Positions 8,272 through 16,308 of a stretch of DNA of 32,000 nucleotides are shown piece after piece. The first letter of the stretch is position 1; each line of letters begins with the position of its first letter. This stretch comes from Pseudonocardiales bacterium (GTDB lineage Bacteria > Actinomycetota > Actinomycetes > Mycobacteriales > Pseudonocardiaceae), in contig QHBY01000543.1 in the NCBI GenBank assembly GCA_003244245.1, positions 10,390 through 42,389 on the forward strand, written 5' to 3'. A model generated the notes under the pieces. That model saw only the letters and a list, made by a program, of their open reading frames with translations. It had not been told where the DNA came from and ran no database searches. Made by a program: the position numbers and the translations under genes.

Positions 8272-8481
8272 ATGGCGACCAGTTTCGAGTACAAGGTGGT
8301 CGAGCTTCGCGAAGGCATGGTGGGCGGCAAGATGTCTGGTGACAAGCTCGAAAGGATCCTCAACGAACACGCGGACGACGGGTGGCAGCTCAAGGCCATC
8401 ACCGCAGTCGAGGTGAAGGGACGGATCGGACCTGGTGGTGTCGACGGCGTGCTCGTCACTTTCGAGCGTCCTCGTGGGTGA
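8272..8481 (+). CDS. DUF4177 domain protein
   Basis: MATSFEYKVVELREG...LERILNEHADDGWQLKAI...VLVTFERP fits the DUF4177 pattern. AGGAGG lies upstream of ATG 8272. Confidence 0.8.
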   Translation: MATSFEYKVVELREGMVGGKMSGDKLERILNEHADDGWQLKAITAVEVKGRIGPGGVDGVLVTFERPRG

Positions 8482-8520
8482 CCGGCCGCCGGGGATTGTG
8501 TGACCTCAGCGCCACCCGAG

Positions 8521-8664
8521 TCAGGGCTTGCGGCGGCGGGACAGCAGGCCACGCAGCTTCTCGCGGTTCTGCGGGTCGCTCGCGTATCGCCGTCCCTGGT
8601 CGACCAACCGCCTTCCCTGGGGGCTGTTCATGAAGTGTCGGACCTTGCTGAAGATCGAGGCCAT
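8521..8664 (-). CDS. Small basic protein, 47 aa (not in ORF track)
   Basis: Own translation: MASIFSKVRHFMNSPQGRRLVDQGRRYASDPQNREKLRGLLSRRRKP. AAGGAG (8670-8675) is 5 nt upstream of ATG 8664; an extra ATG at 8667 is possible. Stop TGA 8523-8521. Confidence 0.5.
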   Translation of the reverse strand: MASIFSKVRHFMNSPQGRRLVDQGRRYASDPQNREKLRGLLSRRRKP

Positions 8665-8751
8665 CATCGCTCCTTGGAAGTTAGTTCCTCCAGGCTAACG
8701 CCGTCGTGCGCAGGCGGCCGGGATGGACCTCGAACCGCGCGATGTGAGCTT

Positions 8752-8791
8752 TCGTTACGGGTGGCCAGGACGTCCCAGCCACCCGTAACGA
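8752..8791 (-). terminator. Extended palindrome/hairpin downstream of the glycine-rich gene (candidate terminator or binding site)
   Basis: 14-bp perfect arms: tcgttacgggtggc (8752-8765) and gccacccgtaacga (8778-8791), around a partly self-complementary 12-nt centre (caggacgtccca). No U-tract. Confidence 0.4.
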
Positions 8792-8943
8792 GCCAGTGCC
8801 ACCGTGCGCGATCAGGTGATCGCGGGACGGTACTGCTCGACTCAGCTGCAGTCGGGCTGCCCAGCGCCGCCCTATACGCTGCTGCCAGCCACCCGGGTGC
8901 CGCTCTCTAGCTAACGGCACCCCTCACAATCAGCCGGGTCAAC

Positions 8944-9264
8944 TCAGTGGGAGACGTTGCCACCGTTGCCGCCATTGGCGTTACCGCCATCGCCACCGAA
9001 GCCGTCGCCAGCGCTGTTGTCCTGGTCACCGAACAGGTTGATGTTCAAAAGGTTGACCCCGAGGCCGCCCCTGCCGGTGCCACCGTCGCCACCGTAGCCG
9101 CCGTTGCCGCCTCTGCCGCCGCCGTCGCCTCCGTCATGGCCACCGCCACCATGGCCGCCGCCATCCCCGCAACCACCGGTGTTGAATAGCGACAAGACGG
9201 TACGGGCAGGGAGTAGCTCCACGTGCTGGCCGTCAATATCGGCAAAACTGAGTGTGTCAGACAT
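8944..9264 (-). CDS. Glycine-rich small protein (106 aa) with non-secretory N-terminal leader-like segment
   Basis: AAGGAGG (9270-9276) is 5 nt upstream of ATG 9264. Sequence: MSDTLSFADIDGQHVELLPARTVLSLFNTGGCGDGGGHGGGGHDGGDGGGRGGNGGYGGDGGTGRGGLGVNLLNINLFGDQDNSAGDGFGGDGGNANGGNGGNVSH. No signal peptide or TM. The ORF-track upstream extension to 9369 has no support. Confidence 0.65.
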   Translation of the reverse strand: MSDTLSFADIDGQHVELLPARTVLSLFNTGGCGDGGGHGGGGHDGGDGGGRGGNGGYGGDGGTGRGGLGVNLLNINLFGDQDNSAGDGFGGDGGNANGGNGGNVSH

Positions 9265-9643
9265 CAAATCCTCCTTAGGGAGCCCAGTGCGCCGGAAACA
9301 GCGCACCTCATCGACGGCAGTGTCGATTCGGCTAATTGCTACCATGGCCGGAAGAAGATCGTTTGACAAGATGCATTAACCCCTAACTTCCAACACCGCT
9401 CCGTACGGTAAGTTGATTCACAACTACTTAGTCCGGCGCGAAAAGTTCCGAGATTCACGTGACAGTTACGTGGTTTCGGCGAGACCGACTACTTAGGCGG
9501 GAAGCTCGACTCAGCCCGGTTTTCTCAGCTGATCCAGCACGTCGGATCCGATGAAGGTGAACAGGCGGGCGCTGGGTTCCAGCGGTTGCGGTGCAGCGGT
9601 GCACACCGACACCGAAGCCCTGGTCCGGCCCGAACGCCGTCAC

Positions 9644-10738
9644 TCAGGGCCTTCGGCATTGCGCGAGGAAGAACCGAACCATCTCGGCGGACGCGTCGGG
9701 ACCCGTCGGGTCGGTGTAGGACCCGACTGGGCTGCCCCCGTACCACGCGTGCCCGCCGCCGTGCACCGTCCAGGACTCGGCGAGGACCGCGCCGTCGACG
9801 TCGGTGTGCACGGTCCGGGTGCAAGCATGGCCGATCTTCCCGTCGATGCGCGTTGTGTCCGACACCGAGGTCTGCGCCGTGGCCAGCCGCGCGGCGACGA
9901 GCTTCTCAGCGTTCACCGGCGCCACGATCTGGTCGCGGTCGCCGTGAAAGACGATCAACGGCACCTGCCCGCCCGGAGCTGCTGAGCCGCCCGTCCGCAT
10001 GGCGGCGAACGCCGACGCGACGTCGTGCGCCGCACGGTAGGCGATCCCGGAATGCACGCCGACCCCGGCGTAGAGCTCCGGGTAGGTCGCGGCCATCACC
10101 GCCGCCATCGCGCCGCCGGCGGACAGCCCAGCGACGTACACCCGGGCGGGGTCGACCGCGTGGTCGGCCATGATCTGACGGGTGAGCCCGGCGATGATCG
10201 CCGGCTCGCCGGCGCCGGCCTGCTGGTCGGCGGGGGAGAACCAGTTCCAGTAGCCGCCGTTGTTGGCCGCGACCGACTGTTGCGGGTAAGCGACGAGGAA
10301 CGTGTGCTGCTCGGCGATCTCGTTCATCCGGGTGCCGGCGGCGAAGTCGGTGGCGTCCTGCTTGCCGCCGTGCAACATGACGACCAGGGGCACCGGCGCA
10401 CCGGTGTAACCGATGGGGATGTAGAGGTCATAGCTTCGGGTCCCGGCCGGCTCGGTGTGGCTGAGGTGGCGGATCTCGCCGCCGGGTGCGGCGGCATGCG
10501 CGATCCTGCGGCTGGCGGCGGGCAGGTCGGGCGGGCCACCGGGCAGGCCCGCGCCCAGCTTCCCGGTCAGCGAGTCTCGCAGCTTGTCGAGCGGGACGTG
10601 GTGGCCGCCCGACCCGGGGGATGGGAACAGCGGTGCCGCGCCGAGCGTGCGCTGCAGGAGCGCGAACGCCCCCGTCAGCTGCCCTGCACGGGTGAGCCTC
10701 AGTGCTTCGGACATGCCGGCGATGCGATGGTCGATCAT
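9644..10738 (-). CDS. PHB-depolymerase-family esterase (alpha/beta hydrolase, LpqC-like)
   Basis: YDLYIP...[23 protein letters not shown]...VAYPQQ...NNGGYWNWF...[14 protein letters not shown] (GxSxG nucleophile)...VFHGDRD...HGGGHAW. Start taken at ATG 10738 ([19 protein letters not shown]...). Confidence 0.85.
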   Translation of the reverse strand: MIDHRIAGMSEALRLTRAGQLTGAFALLQRTLGAAPLFPSPGSGGHHVPLDKLRDSLTGKLGAGLPGGPPDLPAASRRIAHAAAPGGEIRHLSHTEPAGTRSYDLYIPIGYTGAPVPLVVMLHGGKQDATDFAAGTRMNEIAEQHTFLVAYPQQSVAANNGGYWNWFSPADQQAGAGEPAIIAGLTRQIMADHAVDPARVYVAGLSAGGAMAAVMAATYPELYAGVGVHSGIAYRAAHDVASAFAAMRTGGSAAPGGQVPLIVFHGDRDQIVAPVNAEKLVAARLATAQTSVSDTTRIDGKIGHACTRTVHTDVDGAVLAESWTVHGGGHAWYGGSPVGSYTDPTGPDASAEMVRFFLAQCRRP

Positions 10739-10793
10739 GAGGGGCCCCTTCGGGGATGTGACGTCGACGTCGACCGGTCGGTCGGCGCCGCGC

Positions 10794-11192
10794 TCAGGTG
10801 GTGGTGCGGGGGGCGAGGGCAGCCTTGACTGCCCGCGACGCCCGGAAGGCGCCGAGGACCTCGACCGAGGCGATCGTCGCCAATGCGAGCTCGGGGCTGA
10901 CATCGTCGGCAACGGTCGCCAGCCCGAGGACGCGCAGCTCGACCATCTGCCCCGAGTTGCGGAGCTGTTCCAGGTCGCGGCGGCTGAGATGCTGCGTACC
11001 GAGCGTCAACGTCCGGCGCGCTACCGTGTCGTTCACCGCGGCTGCCCGGCTCTCGAGCTGTCGCCGGATCGCTGTGCGGATGAAGTCCGTGCGGTTGGCG
11101 TAGAAACCCTCGTCGACGAGCAGATCGATCTGGCCGAGGTCGACCAGCCCGACGTTGATGGTGATCTTTTCGCTCTTGTCTACCTCCGCCAT
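10794..11192 (-). CDS. Ribbon-helix-helix (CopG/Arc/MetJ-type) DNA-binding protein with C-terminal extension
   Basis: [38 protein letters not shown] is a beta-strand/helix/helix RHH signature. Divergent from the ParA gene. Confidence 0.75.
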   Translation of the reverse strand: MAEVDKSEKITINVGLVDLGQIDLLVDEGFYANRTDFIRTAIRRQLESRAAAVNDTVARRTLTLGTQHLSRRDLEQLRNSGQMVELRVLGLATVADDVSPELALATIASVEVLGAFRASRAVKAALAPRTTT

Positions 11193-11332
11193 CTACCCTC
11201 CCTTCATCATCCAAGAACCATCCTAGCACCATCTCACAAGATGGCGGAAGCCTGCGCTCCCGTGCGGACTTCTAGGGAGTCCAGGCGTCCGAAGCTTCCC
11301 GGAAGCCTCGGGCTACCGGAGCGCCTTGGGTA

Positions 11333-11348
11333 CCGCAGGCGCCTGCGG
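11333..11348. promoter_or_regulatory. Perfect 16-bp palindrome in the RHH/ParA divergent intergenic region (candidate operator or centromere-like site)
   Basis: ccgcaggcgcctgcgg equals its own reverse complement. Nearby are gcttcc-c-ggaagc (11294-11306) and ggcgcc-cgg-ggcgcc (11402-11416). Confidence 0.3.
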
Positions 11349-11446
11349 CTCCCTAGACTTCACCGGTTCTTGGGCCTCCCGGGCAACCCGGTATCTTCGG
11401 GCGCCCGGGGCGCCTCAAGAGCTTGGCCGATGGAGGAAACGAGCGG

Positions 11447-12283
11447 ATGACGGGACGTCATGCGATCGATGCTCGTCGCGAGCAGGCGGGGCGGCGGATG
11501 AGGACCACTGCGGTCGCGAACAACAAGGGCGGTACCGGCAAGACCACGACGGCCGTCAACGTTGCAGCGATCGCAGCCTCGATGGGGTACCTGACGGTGC
11601 TGATCGATCTCGACGACCAGGGGTCGGCCACCAAGTGGCTCGGACACTCACCTGCCAACACTGACCTCGTCGAGGTGTTTCGCGACGATCGGCCGCTCGA
11701 CGACGTGATCAGAAGCACCGCCGTGGATGGGCTGGAGTTGGTCCGGGCGTCCGCCGAGCTGGCCGACGCCGACCGCCAGTTCGGTGGGGAAGCGGGCGTG
11801 CAGCACGCCCTGCTGCACGCCCTCGAAAAGGCCACCCAACGGGATTTCGTCGTCATCGACTGCCCGGGGGACCTCGGTCTGGTCACGATCATGGGCCTGG
11901 CGGCTGCGGATGACGTGCTCATCCCGCTCGCGGCAGGAGCAATGGAGCTCAACGAACTCCCCAAGCTCACCCGGCTCATCGACAAGGTTCGCCGCCGGCT
12001 GAATGGGGATCTTCGCATCTCCGGCGTGCTTCCGTGCCGGGTGTCGAAGTATGGCAAGCACACCTCGAAGGTCGTCGCCGACGTGCTCGACACCCTGCGA
12101 AAGCACTTCCCGGACGAGCTGCTGTCCACCGTAATCCACGAGAGCATCCGCCACGGCGAGGCGTTCTCAGCGCAGCAGCCGATCAGTTGGTACGAGCCCG
12201 GCGGAACAGGTGATCGCGAGTACCGTGCCGCCGTCGCCGAACTGCTCGCGCCACGAGCGAGGGAGGTGGCCACCCGTGGCTGA
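11447..12283 (+). CDS. ParA/MinD-family partition-type ATPase
   Basis: Deviant Walker A AVANNKGGTGKTTTAVN; DLDDQGS; VVIDCPGDLG; ...IPLAAGAMELNELPKL. Start ATG 11447 (GGAGGA 9 nt upstream) or ATG 11498. Confidence 0.85.
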   Translation: MTGRHAIDARREQAGRRMRTTAVANNKGGTGKTTTAVNVAAIAASMGYLTVLIDLDDQGSATKWLGHSPANTDLVEVFRDDRPLDDVIRSTAVDGLELVRASAELADADRQFGGEAGVQHALLHALEKATQRDFVVIDCPGDLGLVTIMGLAAADDVLIPLAAGAMELNELPKLTRLIDKVRRRLNGDLRISGVLPCRVSKYGKHTSKVVADVLDTLRKHFPDELLSTVIHESIRHGEAFSAQQPISWYEPGGTGDREYRAAVAELLAPRAREVATRG

Positions 12284-12635
12284 GCGACGCCGTGGTGGGC
12301 TGGCCCGACTGCCTGACTTCGAGACGAGCGCCGAAGACCGGCTGCTCGGGCTTCCCGCCCATGCCCCGGCTCCTGACCTTGCAGCAGGGCACGCCCTAGG
12401 TGCTTCGGCGCACGAGCAGCAGCCCGCTCGACGGCGCCCACTGAAGGTGGACGAATCGCTCGCCGATCAGGTCCGCGACGCGGTGTTGTTCATGCGAGGG
12501 CGCGGCCGGCCGGAGTTGACCCAGAACGAACTCCTCGACGAGCTGCTCACCACCGGCCTGCAGTGGCTTCGAGACCAGGCCAACGGGGGAGAGCAGTTCC
12601 CTTCCACCGAGCGTCGACGCAGCGGCACCCGGTGA
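12276..12635 (+). CDS. Small ParA-partner protein (ParG/ParB-analog-like, probable RHH-type C-terminus)
   Basis: GTG 12276 overlaps the ParA stop by 8 nt (translational coupling). Disordered N-terminus, then PLKVDESLADQVRDAVLFMRGRGRPELTQNELLDELLTTGLQWL, typical of small centromere-binding partners. Assignment rests on context and pattern only. Confidence 0.55.
   Translation: MAERRRGGLARLPDFETSAEDRLLGLPAHAPAPDLAAGHALGASAHEQQPARRRPLKVDESLADQVRDAVLFMRGRGRPELTQNELLDELLTTGLQWLRDQANGGEQFPSTERRRSGTR
12556..12575 (+). repeat. 20-nt exact direct repeat, copy 1 (inside the ParA-partner gene)
   Basis: gcctgcagtggcttcgagac is identical to 13855-13874. Flanking bases differ on both sides. Confidence 0.9.
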
Positions 12636-12647
12636 CGCGCACGAACT

Positions 12648-12900
12648 CGCGACGACCGACCGCTCGACGACGTGATCACGGCGGCGACGCCGATGCGGCT
12701 CCGCGTCGGCGTCGTACGCTCAGCATCCATGAGCACCTCCGCCGTGGATCTGGTGTTCGTCACGGCGGGCGTGCGGTTCGCTTACCTGTTCGGCTCCCGC
12801 GCGACCGGGTGTCATCGACGACGGGCTGGCGGGGCGGCTCCGTGGTCTCGCCAGCTGCGGAATCGACTCGACGCGTTTGCCACTTCATTGGCTCGGCTCG
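12648..12900 (+). pseudogene. Eroded second ParA-family copy (fragmentary)
   Basis: 12648-12677 matches parA 11681-11710 at 28/30 nt (RDDRPLDDVI). It is followed by agcacc..gccgtggat (STAVD) and gtcatcgac (VIDxxG) in shifted frames. Confidence 0.4.
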
Positions 12901-13194
12901 TAACTTGAGGCTGGCGCGCCTACCTTCGAATTTCTCGTCCGGATCGGCGATGAGATTCGCAGCGTGCTGTGCGGCAGCTTCGCGCGCGGGCCAGACGCGC
13001 GGAGCTAGGACATGAAATGTCTGCTGCATCCCCGGGCAGGTCGCTCTTACCAGCCGCCGGGACTGAACCGACCTAGCCGGATCGGCTCACTACTCCCGCA
13101 CGTGGATCCCTCAAGTGGGACGTGGTCAGTCACGCCCCAACGCATCGGCCGGCGCTGGCAGCGTCCGAACGGGCCGGGTCCTAGGCTCGAGGTC

Positions 13195-13590
13195 GTGCTC
13201 AGACTCGGGTTCGCCGTGATCGGTGTGGTCGATATGCCCCGGGCTGTTGCCTTTTGGACGGTGGCGCTCAACCTCGTGGCCTCCGAGGAGTGGCAGAACG
13301 ACGACTGGGTGACGCTGTGCCACGCAGACGGGTCCGGCAGGGCGCTGGGCTTACAGCGCAGTCAGTCGCCAGTGGAGGCTCACCCGCGTACCCACCTTGA
13401 CCTGTTCGTGGATACCACTGCCGAGCAGGAGTCCGAAGTTGAACGGCTCGTCGGACTCGGAGCAACCAAGCTCGACTGGGGGTTGTATCCGCCGGAGCCG
13501 GACTTCATCGTCCTTGGCGACCCGGACGGCAATCCGTTCTGCATAGTCGACCTCAGCCAGGCGCCATCTGGTGGCCACGGTTCGAGTTAG
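13195..13590 (+). CDS. VOC-family (glyoxalase/bleomycin-resistance/dioxygenase fold) protein
   Basis: LRLGFAVIGVVDMPRAVAFWTVALNL...THLDLFVD...LGDPDGNPFCIV is the typical VOC pattern. GTG 13195 chosen as start; the upstream ORF-track extension is non-homologous. Confidence 0.7.
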   Translation: MLRLGFAVIGVVDMPRAVAFWTVALNLVASEEWQNDDWVTLCHADGSGRALGLQRSQSPVEAHPRTHLDLFVDTTAEQESEVERLVGLGATKLDWGLYPPEPDFIVLGDPDGNPFCIVDLSQAPSGGHGSS

Positions 13591-13667
13591 GACCCCGCCG
13601 GACTGCCCGTCTGGCGCTACGCTCCCCGACGCCGCACCCACCCTCCACATGCAGTAAGAGGATCGGC

Positions 13668-13862
13668 TTACGGAACGGACGGCATGGCCACCCTCTTCGC
13701 GCGGCGGGCGGCGAACAGGTCATCAGGACGGGGCAGCCCGAAGGCCATGTCGGTCCAGGCCCACAGCTTGTGCAGGACGCGGTCATACCCGGCGTGGGCT
13801 CACGGCCGTGGAAGACCCGGTAGTTGTCCAGGCAGAGCAGATCGCCGGGTTGGAGCCTGCAG
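13668..13862 (-). pseudogene. TauD/TfdA-type Fe(II)/2-oxoglutarate dioxygenase, 3' fragment with frameshift
   Basis: RLQPGDLLCLDNYRVFHGREP (the family's DN.R..HGR motif) continues in another frame as HAGYDRVLHKLWAWTDMAFGLPRPDDLFAARRAKRVAMPSVP*. Everything upstream of the motif is missing. Confidence 0.5.
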
Positions 13863-13874
13863 TGGCTTCGAGAC
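13855..13874 (+). repeat. 20-nt exact direct repeat, copy 2 (at the junction of two gene fragments)
   Basis: gcctgcagtggcttcgagac is identical to 12556-12575. It lies exactly where the TauD fragment (minus strand) abuts the truncated deazaflavin-oxidoreductase-like gene (plus strand). Confidence 0.9.
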
Positions 13875-14243
13875 AGCAAATCCACCGCTCGTCGCTTCGT
13901 TGTGCTCGAAGTCGTCGAGCACACCACCCGTGACGAGTACGTGGTCGTCTCCGGGTTCGGCAAGCGCGCCCAGTGGTACCGCAACATCGTCGCTGATCCG
14001 AAGGTGCGGGTGTCCTGCGGGTTCCGGCGAAGCATGGCCGGGTCCGCCTTACCGATGACGGAGGAGGAAGCCGCTGCTGCGTTGCAGCGCTATGCCGACC
14101 GCCATCCCAAGGCGTGGGCGAACCTACGGACGACCATCGAGACCGCAGTCGGGCATCCAGTGGACCAGTTGCCGATGGTGACCCTGCGCCTGAACTCCGC
14201 CACTCCTGAGGGCACTGCCTTCGCCAGTAGCGAATCCTGCTGA
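13875..14243 (+). pseudogene. Nitroreductase-family deazaflavin(F420)-dependent oxidoreductase-like gene, 5'-truncated
   Basis: RRFVVLEVVEH...YVVVSGFGKRAQWYRNIVADPKVRVSCG...ALQRYADRHPKAW...LPMVTLRL matches the family core. About 35 N-terminal residues are absent. The only upstream in-frame ATG (13824) would give a chimeric leader. Confidence 0.6.
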
Positions 14244-14479
14244 CGCACCCCTCACGACGGGCTCATCCCCAGGTTGCTCACGCACGCCGCGCACCCGTTA
14301 GCCAATGCGGAGCCCCTCTCGGGAGCGTGTGTCACAGTCGGTAGCGGTTTTGGGCGCAGAAGAGGGACGTGGGAGAGCGACCGTTCAGCATGCCTGCGGT
14401 CACGGATTGGTACCGGTACCCTCGCGCGTAAGCTGGCCCCGGAGTTTGAGCCGCTCGACTGGCTGATCTTCCGGACTTT

Positions 14480-14511
14480 GCTGGGAGCCGGATCAGCTGG
14501 GAGCCGGATCA
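14480..14511 (+). repeat. Perfect 16-bp tandem duplication upstream of the first RsbA-like gene
   Basis: gctgggagccggatca occurs twice (14480-14495 and 14496-14511), 38 nt upstream of ATG 14549. It is followed by cggacgaa x2 (14524-14539). Confidence 0.9.
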
Positions 14512-14548
14512 CTGACCACGAATCGGACGAACGGACGAACGTCGCCTG

Positions 14549-15520
14549 ATGATCACCGGGTCGCTACCGGAGTTCCACGGAACTCGGGACATCAGCGCGT
14601 TGACCCACCAGGGGATGCTGTACGGCTCGGAGGAGGAGTTCCTGGCTGGCACTGTTCCGTTCGTGCGGGATGGTCTGGAGTGCGGCGACCCGATCTGGAT
14701 TGTGACTACGGTCCGTAATGCTGGTTGGTTGCGGGTGGCGCTGGGTGCGGAGGCCCCGCGGGTGGTGTTCCGCGACTGCAGCCAGTGGTACCGGCATCCG
14801 GCACGGGCGCTGGCGGCCCTGCACCGCGCCGTGCGGGTCGGCGTGGGTGGGCAGCGGCTGCGAATGATCGGAGAGCCGTTGTGGACGGCTCGCACCGAGC
14901 CGGAAAGCAGGGAGTGGGCTCGATGTGAGTCGGTTGTCAACGTCGCACTCGCCTCGGCCAATGCTTCGTTCGTGTGCACCTATGACACACGGGTGGTGGA
15001 TCCGGAGGTAGCGGCCCAGGTGGCTCGGACCCATCCCGAGCTTGTCGTCGACGGCGGCGTCCGGCCAAGCCCGAGCTACAGCGACCCGCTGCTATTTAAT
15101 GCCGAATGTGACAAGTCGCCCTTGCCTGAGCCACCCTCCTCGGCACTGCGGCTAGCATTCGACCGGCTGGATCAGCTAGCTGCCCTGCGCGGGTTCATTA
15201 CCTCCTATGCCACGTGGGCCGGCGCGGCCCCCCAGTCCCTTGAGCAGTTTGTGCAGGCGATCGACGAGATCGCGACCAACGCGATCGAGCACGGCGGTGG
15301 ATCGGGCGTGCTGCGGGTCTGGACTGGCTTGCAGACGATGTCGTGCGAGATTCGCGACACCGGTACGGGGCTGCGCGACCCGTTGGCCGGGCACTTGCCC
15401 CCTCCGCCGGGCCGTACCGGCCTATGCGGGCTGTGGTTGGCCCGCCAGTTCTGCGATCTCGTCGAGGTGCGCAGCGATTCGGCGGGCACGACTGTACGGC
15501 TGCATCTGACCCTGCCCTGA
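14549..15520 (+). CDS. MEDS-domain + HATPase anti-sigma-factor-like Ser/Thr kinase (RsbA/RsbW-like), paralog 1
   Basis: N-terminal MEDS-like region (MLYGSEEEFLAGTVPFVRDGLECGDP...). C-terminal GHKL ATPase motifs (ATNAIEHGGG, DTGTGL, GLWLARQ). Confidence 0.85.
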   Translation: MITGSLPEFHGTRDISALTHQGMLYGSEEEFLAGTVPFVRDGLECGDPIWIVTTVRNAGWLRVALGAEAPRVVFRDCSQWYRHPARALAALHRAVRVGVGGQRLRMIGEPLWTARTEPESREWARCESVVNVALASANASFVCTYDTRVVDPEVAAQVARTHPELVVDGGVRPSPSYSDPLLFNAECDKSPLPEPPSSALRLAFDRLDQLAALRGFITSYATWAGAAPQSLEQFVQAIDEIATNAIEHGGGSGVLRVWTGLQTMSCEIRDTGTGLRDPLAGHLPPPPGRTGLCGLWLARQFCDLVEVRSDSAGTTVRLHLTLP

Positions 15521-15592
15521 CGGACCTACGGTCCGGGCGCGGGCTGGGCCGCCAAATGGAACCTATTTAGCAGCCCGATCCCAAGGAGCGCC

Positions 15593-16120
15593 GTGCCCGT
15601 CGACGACGAGCCACGTATTGAGACCAATGCCGAGCTCGACCAGCACTTCCTCAGCAACCCCGCCAAACTCGCCTTGCTTATCGAGGCAGCCGTCATCCGG
15701 TCAACTGACCACGTCGTCGAGGCAGGCGCGGGCATTGGGACAGTAGCTGCGCGTGTGCCGTCTTGTCAGAGGTTGACAGTGATCGAGTACGACATCAACC
15801 TGGTTCCGTATTTGCGCAAGCGGGTCCCGCACGCACAGGTCATCCAGGGCGACGCTTTAGTTTCCTTGCCTACGCTGCGCTGCGATGTGCTACTGAGCAA
15901 CTTGCCATCCAGGTTGACGGCCCGCCTTGTCGCCTTGCTGCCGAGGCTGGATTTCCGCCTGGCAGCTATAACTGTGTCGTCGATTGATGAGCTGACAGCG
16001 CTGGAAGGTGTCTTTGCGATTGAGAGTGTCGCCGTGTTGGAACCCGATGATTTCCGACCGCGACAGTCTGCGAGGGCTGAGATTGTCAGTGTCGCGCGAG
16101 CGGAAGAACACGGTCCCTGA
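15593..16120 (+). CDS. Short rRNA adenine-N6-methyltransferase-family (Erm/KsgA-like) protein, catalytic domain only
   Basis: AAGGAG (15583-15588) precedes GTG 15593. Motifs: LDQHFLSNP, VVEAGAGIGTVAARV (motif I), VIEYDINLVPYL, VIQGDAL, LLSNLPS (NLPY-type motif IV with Y->S). Only 175 aa, with no C-terminal RNA-binding domain. Many A/T-ending codons, including TTA at 15857-15859. Confidence 0.7.
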   Translation: MPVDDEPRIETNAELDQHFLSNPAKLALLIEAAVIRSTDHVVEAGAGIGTVAARVPSCQRLTVIEYDINLVPYLRKRVPHAQVIQGDALVSLPTLRCDVLLSNLPSRLTARLVALLPRLDFRLAAITVSSIDELTALEGVFAIESVAVLEPDDFRPRQSARAEIVSVARAEEHGP

Positions 16121-16248
16121 GCCAGTCGTGTGTGGATCACCCAGGCCTCAAGATCTCCCGTCGGATCAGACGAACGATCGGAGGTCCGATCGGTGCTGCC
16201 CTGCGGGCCACGTCCGGGGATCCTATGTTGTGGCCATGCCCTAGCCTG

Positions 16249-16308
16249 CCCGAGCTCAACAGCAGAGCTGTCCCAGGTCAACCGGACAGCTCTGCTGTTG
16301 AGTTCGGG
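16249..16308 (+). repeat. Long inverted repeat: 25-bp stem, 10-nt loop (candidate terminator/attenuator or MITE-like scar)
   Basis: cccgagctcaacagcagagctgtcc (16249-16273) pairs with ggacagctctgctgttgagttcggg (16284-16308). 24/25 are Watson-Crick and the exception is a G.U in the plus-strand RNA. Lies 129 nt downstream of the methyltransferase stop. No U-tract. Confidence 0.6.

Noticed and set aside
8690-8750. tRNA-like GGTTCGAGG (T-loop-like) string on the minus strand, possibly a tRNA or att-site remnant.
   Set aside because: I could not fold flanking sequence into T-stem, acceptor or anticodon arms. An isolated 9-mer resemblance is insufficient.
9423-9496. 9-bp direct repeat actacttag (9423-9431 and 9488-9496) in the AT-richer region upstream of the glycine-rich gene.
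   Set aside because: My rough estimate is that a 9-mer recurring within about 380 bp has an appreciable chance probability (order 0.1-0.3). Noted only as a possible operator pair.
12770-12812. VRFAYLFGSRATG, resembling the nucleotidyltransferase (MNT/antitoxin-type) GS motif.
   Set aside because: The flanking sequence does not continue the NTase fold (no downstream DxD). The same DNA aligns in pieces to parA. It could be chance within an eroded ParA copy, so it is left unresolved.
12760-13029. 89-aa minus ORF (…VWPAREAAAQHAANLIADPDEKFEG…).
   Set aside because: No family recognised. It lies in the fragment patchwork and has no credible start or RBS.
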